IMG/VR virus record: IMGVR_UViG_3300009151_000031 | Direction: 5' to 3' (one strand) | DNA length: 64,000 bases | Source: a virus | The notes under the pieces: model-generated | The model's input: the letters and a program-made list of their open reading frames with translations, nothing else | Told to the model about the DNA's origin: nothing | The model's database searches: none | Made by a program: the position numbers and the translations under genes | Shown here: in pieces, positions 1-8,600 of the stretch | Layout of the letters: each line of letters starts with the position of its first letter | Numbering within the stretch: the stretch's first letter is position 1

Positions 1-297
1 AACCGGAAAGCTACTGCCCACAGTGATCCCTGAGACCGGACTATATCCCTGTGATGTAAAAACATTTAAAGTTTGATGTGCTTTATCAAACCAAAGTTGT
101 CCTTGTAAATTTGTGCCAACTGGCGCCGAGTTACTAGCAAAGTTTTCTAGCAAATATACTAAATTTTCAGTAAGAGCTTGCCCGTATCCTACGCGATTAG
201 GACCTGCTAAAGTTAAATTTGTTGCAGTTACATCAAACCCGCCGTCGGCAATGGTAGCCAAGGGTGAGTTATCAAATTTTCGTATCGTATATGCCAT
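1..297 (-). CDS. Virion structural (tail fibre/baseplate-associated) protein, 5' part only; runs off the window edge
   Basis: Not in the ORF track. Manual translation from ATG at 297 gives MAYTIRKFDNSPLATIADGG...YGQALTENLVYLLENFASNSAP...GQLWFDKAHQTLNVF, open to base 1. It is paralogous to the N-terminus of 3323..4927 (ENFIKLLQNFAS...GTLWYD). Confidence 0.8.
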   Translation of the reverse strand, partial: MAYTIRKFDNSPLATIADGGFDVTATNLTLAGPNRVGYGQALTENLVYLLENFASNSAPVGTNLQGQLWFDKAHQTLNVFTSQGYSPVSGITVGSSFPV

Positions 298-330
298 ATT
301 TTAATTGCTACCTATCATTATACTTATTTA

Positions 331-1890
331 TTACTTTGCAGTTAGGCTAGTCCTACCCACATTTAGAAACTTGTGTGTAACGTACCCATTGTTAACTGTA
401 ACTTCATTTCCGCCCAAAAATGCTGGCGAAACACCACTATATTGTACCACCACTATTCCTGACCCGCCATCACCTGCATCTGTCATATTGCTATGTGCTG
501 ACCCGCCACCACCGCCACCAGTTCCGTCTACTCCATGGCCTCCATTGCCGTTGCCGCCCCCAAATACAGCAACGCCACTTGGCCCTGAGCCGCCGCTGCC
601 TTGCTCTCCATATCCGCCGCCACCGCCTCCAGCAACTTGTAACCCAAGATATGTAATACCAAATCCGCCGTCGCCGCCTTGATTACCATTGCTTTGATGA
701 CCAGTGCCTCCAGCACCGCCACCACCACCTCCACCAGCTTGTCCGTAACCTTGCCAAATTCCTGCACCCCCGGAATTTCCCTGTCCTGGTATGCCGCTTC
801 CGCCACCGTGTGTGTTTACATATCCGCATCCGCCTCCGCCCGATCCACCGGATCCGGCAGTTTCGCTGGCTGTACCATATCCGCCGTTTCCTCCTCCAAT
901 GGCAAGAAACCAGCCATCGTCGTATTGTATAGGATCTGTCATACGGGTGTGCCATACTACATTGCCAGGTGGATCATATAGTGCGGCCGCAAAACTTGCT
1001 GGACCACCATCATTTAATGCCTGACAGGTAATTGTTATAATTCCTGCAGGTAAATTAATATAGTTTGAATTGGTCAATCCCCAGTCATCATTTGCACCAA
1101 CTACGCTACCATTGATACTTACTTGTATGTGATTATCTGCAGACACTATTAACTGATATGTTTGTGCTACAGGAATATATGCTTGATAGTTTGCAGTCAC
1201 CCAGGACCCAACCGGACTTACAAAATCTGGACTAGTCCATACTCCGTAAGTATTTAAAAATCCGTTATAAACAGGATACGACGCTGGATATACTGCAACA
1301 TCGACACCGGCTTGGCTGGGTGCAGTTGAATTCAAACCAAAATAACTATTGTTGCCACCGGCATTTGCACCGCCACCTGCGCCAACGATTGCATTGTATG
1401 TTAGTCTAGAATCTAATAGGATCTCTTTTGCATATACAACTCCGCCAGCTCCGCCGCCCCCGCCACCTTCCCATCCGTAGCCAATACCACCACCACCACC
1501 ACCAGCTACTACTAAAATATTTGCTCGTACATTGGGTGGCCAGAATTGTTTCCAATCACCGTTTACATTTACAAATCCAGCTTTGGTCCTAGAATACGGA
1601 CCTTGAGGGTACGCTATTAATGTTTCATCTCCGGTTACGGTATGAGTAATAATGCTGTCAGATGTCGTGATAGTGCCACCGGAATATAATGGTGCACCGG
1701 TATAGGAATTGTAGGTTATTACAGCAGAACCAGGTCCGCCAGGGTTGTTAGCTGAACTAACCGATAATCCTGCGGGTAAATCAGCACCATCAGAACCCGT
1801 GAAGCCACCATCGTCACCACCTCTAATGGAACCGCCTGCTCCCCCAAGTTGTCCGCCGCCGCCTCCGCCGCCGCCTGCTCCATCTGCCAT
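331..1890 (-). CDS. Glycine-rich tail-fibre-like protein with an inserted beta-sandwich (lectin-like) domain
   Basis: 519-aa ORF with VVAGGGGGG...GGAGG and GSGGSGIVVVQY Gly-rich fibre motifs. A non-Gly ~120-aa insert (SADNHIQVSING...DGGPASFAAAL) is present, and an AAGGA RBS precedes the start. Confidence 0.75.
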   Translation of the reverse strand: MADGAGGGGGGGGQLGGAGGSIRGGDDGGFTGSDGADLPAGLSVSSANNPGGPGSAVITYNSYTGAPLYSGGTITTSDSIITHTVTGDETLIAYPQGPYSRTKAGFVNVNGDWKQFWPPNVRANILVVAGGGGGGIGYGWEGGGGGGAGGVVYAKEILLDSRLTYNAIVGAGGGANAGGNNSYFGLNSTAPSQAGVDVAVYPASYPVYNGFLNTYGVWTSPDFVSPVGSWVTANYQAYIPVAQTYQLIVSADNHIQVSINGSVVGANDDWGLTNSNYINLPAGIITITCQALNDGGPASFAAALYDPPGNVVWHTRMTDPIQYDDGWFLAIGGGNGGYGTASETAGSGGSGGGGCGYVNTHGGGSGIPGQGNSGGAGIWQGYGQAGGGGGGGAGGTGHQSNGNQGGDGGFGITYLGLQVAGGGGGGYGEQGSGGSGPSGVAVFGGGNGNGGHGVDGTGGGGGGSAHSNMTDAGDGGSGIVVVQYSGVSPAFLGGNEVTVNNGYVTHKFLNVGRTSLTAK

Positions 1891-1899
1891 TTTGTTTCC

Positions 1900-2304
1900 T
1901 TACTTTCCTGTTTCTAGGGTTTCTAACATTGCTAAAATTTCGCTGTATGCTTCTACATTTTTACCATCACGCACTTCTGCAATAATTGGGCGCACATAAC
2001 GTATTGTTATGTCCATCCATAGATCTGTATGATCTCCTGGTTCATCGTTAATAGCCTGAACTATTTTGCTAGCACGAATATAATAATTGAGAACTTTTTC
2101 ACCAGGCATTACTGCTCGAAAATTTTGTAAATATTCAACATCTACATCATCATGTGGGTCACCATTTTTAGTTAGAGCATTATAAAAAATGCAACTATCT
2201 TCGCGACTCAATAAAGTAGTTATACAAGTTTCTTGATTGCCAGTATCATCACAGTGAGCACATGCTTCTCTGTCTTTTAAAAACTCTTCTAAACTCATTC
2301 CCAT
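1900..2304 (-). CDS. CFI-box-CTERM-like domain protein
   Basis: 134 aa. The pattern C-I-T-T...VEYLQNFR...YYIRASKIVQAIN...RPIIAEVRDGKNVEAY resembles the CFI-box family pattern (CxI..., LRxFRD, YY..aP.iv.ai); recognised by eye only. Confidence 0.5.
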   Translation of the reverse strand: MGMSLEEFLKDREACAHCDDTGNQETCITTLLSREDSCIFYNALTKNGDPHDDVDVEYLQNFRAVMPGEKVLNYYIRASKIVQAINDEPGDHTDLWMDITIRYVRPIIAEVRDGKNVEAYSEILAMLETLETGK

Positions 2305-2305
2305 G

Positions 2306-3319
2306 TTATTTGACTCCTGCTAGTAACCAGAATACACCAAATGTAGCCCACATTATGTAACCTAGTGCTACACTCTTGGTTGGTTCTGTTGTTTTTGTAT
2401 ACTTACCGATCATGCGGCTTACCCACATACCAGTTTTCATAATAAGTTTGCCGGCACGATTATCTGTTTCACCTACACCCATTATATAGGCCATATGTTC
2501 CGCCCACGGTGTGGCAATGCGTCTTGCCCAGCTAATTGCCATGTTACGTTGTGCTTGATTGCGTTTATCTTTGTCTCGGATCCAGAACATGCATTGTGGA
2601 CCATCTTTGTCCATCCAATCAACTACAACCGATGCCCAACGTACATAACCATAGTATGCATATGGATCTGTGTCTCGTAAATACTGTCCAAATCTTTCGT
2701 CTGCTTCATATATATTGTCTGACAAATATCCAAGTTCGTGTAACTTGGTACAGATAATCTTACAGCCACCACCGCCACCGTGCTCGCCACCGGATGTTTT
2801 ATTGCCGCCTGCACCGCCTGCAATAGCACCAGAACTTGCATACCCTTGGCTCGGTTGCCCATTACTATTATTTCCACCACCACCACCACCACCACCGCCG
2901 GCTGCGACAACAGTAACAGTACCATCAATTGATATAACAGTGGCAGCTCCGCCACCACCACCAGATCCTGACCAACCTTCTCCACCAGTACTACCACCCG
3001 GGCCGCCATTGTAACCCAAGGCGTTGCCACCACCACCACCACCACCATTGCCGGACCCGCTTGATCCGCCTGCGCCAGGTCCGCCTACATAAACTTGAAT
3101 ATTTTTACCAAACGGAATAGTTAATGTACCTGTTAATTGATGTCCGGCAGATCCTGGGTACCCGCTGTGACTATCATTGCCTCCAACTCCGCCCCCGGCA
3201 CCTTGTACCTTTAGACTAAGAGCTAGTGTAGTCGGAATTGGTATGTCGGTACGAATGTAAGGCATAACAACTGAATGCCAATTCCCATCTGCGCCTTTAT
3301 AATATATGCCGCGGGACAT
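2306..3319 (-). CDS. Gly-rich fibre N-terminal half fused to a GGGGG-CKIICT domain with a C-terminal hydrophobic helix
   Basis: 337 aa. Residues 1-185 are Gly-rich fibre repeats; C186 starts a non-Gly helical domain ending in SVALGYIMWATFGVFWLLAGVK. Confidence 0.7.
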   Translation of the reverse strand: MSRGIYYKGADGNWHSVVMPYIRTDIPIPTTLALSLKVQGAGGGVGGNDSHSGYPGSAGHQLTGTLTIPFGKNIQVYVGGPGAGGSSGSGNGGGGGGGNALGYNGGPGGSTGGEGWSGSGGGGGAATVISIDGTVTVVAAGGGGGGGGGNNSNGQPSQGYASSGAIAGGAGGNKTSGGEHGGGGGCKIICTKLHELGYLSDNIYEADERFGQYLRDTDPYAYYGYVRWASVVVDWMDKDGPQCMFWIRDKDKRNQAQRNMAISWARRIATPWAEHMAYIMGVGETDNRAGKLIMKTGMWVSRMIGKYTKTTEPTKSVALGYIMWATFGVFWLLAGVK

Positions 3320-3322
3320 TGA

Positions 3323-4927
3323 TTACCCGCCGATCTGGAACCAAAAGTCTCCAGTGACTCCGCCAGTTGGCGGTAATGTAGAAACAGTATAATTAAATTT
3401 TTGTCCTGCTATTGCACCAACAACAAATTGTGTAGTTGCTATATTTCCGCTGTTGTCTCCTGCATAAGAAGAATGTCCCATTGTAGACCAAACTGGCATA
3501 TTGGTAGTTGGTGCAGTTGGGATACCAGTAAAATGCGGACTATCGATATTTGCTAAAGGTATCAGAGCATTTGTTAATTGTACAATATTGCCATGAAGAA
3601 CATTTAAGTCAGGTGTAATGGTTGTATTAATGTAAGATTCAACATTTGAAATACGAAGACCTAATGTATTGCTTACGTATGATATCTGTACATTTGCAAG
3701 ATCACGAGTCTGTTGTAGACCGAGTGTTAATGCGTTATTTGTTGTTGTAATTTGCTCACCAACATGAGTGTTCATTGCCACGTTAGATGATACTATGGCA
3801 GCGTTTGCCGCTGTGACATTTGCATTGGTAGTTGCTTGTAAGTATGTTATGTTAGCGTTGGTGTTGGTAACAACTGCACTGATATTACCAATGTAGTCTG
3901 CGTAAACTGCCTGTACGTTGGCATTTATTTGCCCAACTGCGGTATTTAAACTATTGATAATAACAGTTTCAGTTGTGTCAACGTAATTCTTTGTGGCAAT
4001 ACCACGAGAATAAATTGGATCAGCGTTAACATAAGCATGTCCGGTATTACCACTAAAAGACAATCCACGAATGTTTCCATTGGTAGAAGTGTTAATAAAG
4101 AATTCTACGTTGCCACCAAAGTTTTTATTTTGTAAAATTAACGAACCGTTAGCAGTAGATATGTTTGCATTACTGAGAACTAAATTACCTGCAATATTAA
4201 CATCGCTTGCAAAACTTGTAGCAATATCATTACGAGCAAATACTGTTGGACTTAGTCCGCCAACAGTATTACTGTTAGTTGCTGTGCCATGTAGTATTGC
4301 AATGTTACTTAAATTTACACCTGGTTGAATTGATGTGAAACTGGTATAGGCTGTAGATATTACAGAATTTACTGTAAACACTGGATCAATACTTGTTACA
4401 CTAACCAGTTTATTACTAATGTATTCGCCAACAACAATATGTGTATTACCAGTGGTGTCTGTGATCGATTCAACAAACGGACCGCTCTTGCCTTGGCTAG
4501 CTGTATACGCAGGGCCAATTAATTCCCAGGCAGTACCATTCCAAGTGCGTAATTGTTGATTAACTGAATCCCACCATTGGTCACCAGTGTGTGTAACTAC
4601 AGGTGCAGTATTGCCAACTATACGTTGACTAGCCGGAATAAATTCAATGCCATCGTATACATTTAAAATATTGTTAGCAGTATCGTACCATAATGTGCCA
4701 GGTAGCAACAACAATGCATTTTGACTTATATCTGGTGGCGAGCTACTGGCAAAATTTTGCAATAGTTTAATAAAGTTTTCATTTTGAATTTCACCGTAAC
4801 TAGGATAGTTACGACCAATCAATGTTACACCAGTACTGGTATCGAGTGTGCCGTCTTGTAACACACCCAATGGCATCGTTGGAGTTATTAGTGCCGATCC
4901 GTCTGTTTTATTAATAGGGTATGTCAT
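3323..4927 (-). CDS. Virion structural/tail fibre protein with a coiled-coil stalk
   Basis: 534 aa with GRNYPSYGEIQNENFIKLLQNFAS, GTLWYD and GDQWWD motifs, an Asn/Ala heptad region, ANIDSPHFTGIPTAPT (a fibre motif) and a C-terminal GDFWFQ. Confidence 0.75.
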   Translation of the reverse strand: MTYPINKTDGSALITPTMPLGVLQDGTLDTSTGVTLIGRNYPSYGEIQNENFIKLLQNFASSSPPDISQNALLLLPGTLWYDTANNILNVYDGIEFIPASQRIVGNTAPVVTHTGDQWWDSVNQQLRTWNGTAWELIGPAYTASQGKSGPFVESITDTTGNTHIVVGEYISNKLVSVTSIDPVFTVNSVISTAYTSFTSIQPGVNLSNIAILHGTATNSNTVGGLSPTVFARNDIATSFASDVNIAGNLVLSNANISTANGSLILQNKNFGGNVEFFINTSTNGNIRGLSFSGNTGHAYVNADPIYSRGIATKNYVDTTETVIINSLNTAVGQINANVQAVYADYIGNISAVVTNTNANITYLQATTNANVTAANAAIVSSNVAMNTHVGEQITTTNNALTLGLQQTRDLANVQISYVSNTLGLRISNVESYINTTITPDLNVLHGNIVQLTNALIPLANIDSPHFTGIPTAPTTNMPVWSTMGHSSYAGDNSGNIATTQFVVGAIAGQKFNYTVSTLPPTGGVTGDFWFQIGG

Positions 4928-4933
4928 GTTCTA

Positions 4934-5623
4934 TTATCCGCTTAAATTAGTTAATGTTTGAATTCTTACAGTATAATCGATTTGAATTAAACGATTCAAC
5001 GCTTTTTGCACTGGGTGGAATACAACGTGTGTTAATAGTAGTCCAGTAGATGTTAGTCCACTTGTACCATCAGTACTACGACCGCGTAATCCCAGTTCGT
5101 CAAAAACGTATTGACCGTTTAGGTCTTGGCTGTTGTCAAATGCTTGCTGTCCGCTAGGCTCGCCGTAATCTAGTAGACAAGTAACTAAAATATCTGTGTA
5201 CAATGTACCAGGAATATGACTGATTGTCATTTTATTATTAACTGGATCTGGGTTAGTAATAGCAGTATTATCAACAATCTTTGCGTATGTTGGGTTATAC
5301 AAATTGGCGTTCTGACCCACAGTATTTGTAGGCAAGTATGTAATAATACCAGTTGGATCAACACTTGTGCCGCCGTTGCCAAAGTTCATTTCATAGATAA
5401 AGTTTTGTCCTTTATCAGCAACAGAATTGGCCAGCGCCACTGAGAAGTTTTCGTAGTGGATAGCGTTTGGCTTATCAATAAAGACTTCGTTGGTCTTTGG
5501 ATCGAATATCTTGATATGCCCGCGGATATAAATTCCGGACGATTCGTTTGGGCTTTGTTGTGTATTTTCCACTGCTTTTTCCTCTAATTTGTTTAAATCA
5601 TTACTTGTATCAGTATTTATCAT
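4934..5623 (-). CDS. Conserved baseplate-associated virion protein
   Basis: 229 aa with FGNGG, FDELGL and LLTHVVFHPVQK motifs, directly downstream of the giant wedge gene (ATGA overlap). An alternative GTG start at 5572 has an AGAGG RBS and an upstream TAAATA (5614-5619). Confidence 0.7.
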   Translation of the reverse strand: MINTDTSNDLNKLEEKAVENTQQSPNESSGIYIRGHIKIFDPKTNEVFIDKPNAIHYENFSVALANSVADKGQNFIYEMNFGNGGTSVDPTGIITYLPTNTVGQNANLYNPTYAKIVDNTAITNPDPVNNKMTISHIPGTLYTDILVTCLLDYGEPSGQQAFDNSQDLNGQYVFDELGLRGRSTDGTSGLTSTGLLLTHVVFHPVQKALNRLIQIDYTVRIQTLTNLSG

Positions 5624-8600
5624 GGTGTATATCCTGGGCTTGCTAATAGGAACTGCGCCTGTACTGTGGTGCTATTTACTAGGCCTGTGCCTGTTGTTGC
5701 GTTACTTACGCCCGGGGTGTACCAGCTGGTATCCTGCATTGTTAGGTTTCCGCTGATATTAGCGTATGTCGGAGTACTAATTGGGATAACTTGCGTTAAA
5801 CTTGAGTCTACGACCCGAGCACCAGTTAAATGTAAAGATACACCGGGAGTACCATCTACAGCACGTCGAATTTGTCCAAGTACATTGTTTACTGTATCAT
5901 TGGTATAGTAAGTGATTTTTTCACCGCCTATGAATACTACACCAGGAATTGCTAATCCAGGATTAGGAATTGGTAACACTGAACTGTTAACAACATGAAT
6001 GTTGCTGTCAGTAATTGCCAAATTACTAGCCAATGCTGTAGTATTTGCCGCACTAATTCTATAGTAAGTTGTAACTTGGTTTATATCTGTAAAGATACGG
6101 AAAGCATAATCATTGGTGCCCGGATTAACATTTGAGAATACTTTCATATTCAAGCTATCGTACATACGTCCAGGTAGTAACTCTTCTGGTGCATAGCTAC
6201 TAAATCTTCCAACATACTCGCCGCCGTCTACTATAATATCTGCCGGGTTTACACCCAAACTACTTGTGTATAAACTTGAGATAGTTGCATCAAATCCGCT
6301 GGCCACATTGCTTGCTGGTGAGCCAACGGTGACTGTTGTGCCTGAATATGTTCGTAAATTACCACCCTCAATTATAACACCGGGGTAGCTTAGTCCAGCA
6401 TAAGTTACACGATCATACTTAATTGTTGTAGCAACACTACGTACAAGATTATGTCCATTATTATTGCCATCATAAACGTTTTTAAGTACTGCACGGGCTT
6501 GTGCGCCAGAGCCAGTTCCGTTAATAATAATATCCGGAATTGATGTGTAGCCCGAGCCAGCATCGGTAATCACAATAGTTGCAAGGCCACCACTACCATT
6601 GATAGTTGCATACCCTTTTGCACCTGTGCCACCACCGCCTGTAATTACAATTTGAGGTGCTGTTAAGTAGCCACTGCCTGGTAAATCAATTACAGTATCA
6701 ACTACTCTATATTTGTAGTTATTATTCCATTGGCTGTATATGCTGTTGCTAGCACTTAATGTAGTGGCATCGTAACTTTGTTCTCCGCTTGGACTACGAT
6801 ATACTCCCAACTTGGCATCCCAGTATGGTGGCAAATCAAAGTCAGTAATATCGCTAACATATGAATCATTGCCAATATAGTCAACTACGTATTCGCGAAT
6901 TACTGTACGATAAGGCTTAACTTCATTGATGTAATTTAAATAGAAGTTTTGATTGTCAGGAATGTAACTTGGGAACTCCTGCAACTTGCGAATACTCTGA
7001 GTAGCACTGATGAAACTAGTCTTAAATGCCCAATCAATATTTTTTTGTTCTGTTAATATGTACTTGATTAATACAAAGAACAATTCGTTATAGTTGCCGG
7101 CCAGGTCATCAATGAAGATTTCTTTTTGCATCGACAACAAAATCTGACGCAATTCAAGCGCCGGAATGTCTGTTTCAATTCCTTGCATTTGAACTGTACC
7201 GTCTTGGATACCAACTGTTGTTTGTTCTAAATTAGAATCAATATAATATATTACAAATTTACCATTGCCGCTATCTGTTACTTTAATATAAGTGTTTGGC
7301 TGCAATGTTAGTTTGCCAAACTCTAAGTTATTAGCAACTGTAACGTTAATTGTTGTAGTTGGGTCAAATGTTGCATCATACCAATCAGCATATTGCCAAT
7401 ATAAATTAGTTTTATAAGTTTGTACCCAAGGTGATCCATTTGGGCGAGTTGCTACTGACCAATTTGTGCCATCCCATGTATAAATTGCCCACTTAGTAAG
7501 ATTGTTACTATCGCTTTTAACTAGTACAGAATATCCTGAAGATATTAAATTAGTATCTACGTAGCCAAGCTCATCAAACGTTTCAACTGATATCAAGTAA
7601 GTACTTAGACTAGAAACAGGATACTGCTCGCTACTATTAAGAATAGTCATAACCTTACGTTGAGTTACTGGGTATGCTAATAATTTTGCATTTACTAATG
7701 TGATTACATTATATAATGCTGTAACGACGTCAATAACAATTGACTGTCTTGGACGGATAGAAAGTCCGTAACGTCTACCAGGTGGCAACGCAGGATCTGG
7801 GACCGGATTTCCGTCGCGATCAATTCCTGATAAACTATCATTGATTTTAGCAATAATATTTTCTGGTAATTGGCTAGTTGGGTTGCCTTCTTGTACTAAT
7901 GCATATTCGCTGTGGACCAACGCTGTTTGCTTCGCTTGTACATTTGATGCACCAAGTTGTATTACGCTACTTTGTCCAACTAATGTGTGGCTGGCATTGT
8001 ATACTGCCACAGTATCATTACGCAATACAGCCGTATAAGGAATACCCTGGCTCTGCGGATTTTTAATAGCTTCAGCAATACTGTAAATGCTGTTATGTTT
8101 AGATTTATCTACAGTCTGAATATTTTTAACCCAATAATAATAAGTGGCGTTAACTACACCGTTAGGTGTAACATATCCATATGTGCTATATGACGAATTG
8201 TCTGGATACATTGGTACACCATCACTGGTGTAATCACTAGGTAATTGGCTACTTGCAATCCATTGGTATACGTCAACACTAGATCCCGGGAACTGGTCGC
8301 CCCAATGGTTTAATCGATAAATTAATGCATCTTGTTCGTAATTAATATAACGAACAGTATCTAAGTTCCACCAAATTGTTCCTACTTGATTTGGTCCCCA
8401 ATGTATTGTTTGATTTACAACATTGGTTCCTGCATTATACAGGGCAGGATCGGTTCCTCTTTGGAAGTCAATATCTTGACCAAATGCATTTAATATTTTT
8501 CCTTTTGCTGGATCAATGTAGTCTAATGCGGCTAATAAATTATCATTGTTTTTGTTATAAATTAATGTGCGACCAATACTGTCAATGTCAACTATTGGCA

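Noticed and set aside
2306-2764. Canonical intein starting at C186
   Set aside because: There are no Hint block B (TxxH) or terminal His-Asn motifs and no in-frame C-extein; the ORF ends in a hydrophobic helix and a stop.
305-3048. Pro-rich and Val-rich ORFs on the + strand or alternate frames (305..682, 679..981, 2670..3014, 2623..3048 and others)
   Set aside because: They are shadows of GGN-rich codons in the Gly-rich fibre genes, with no RBS or independent motifs.
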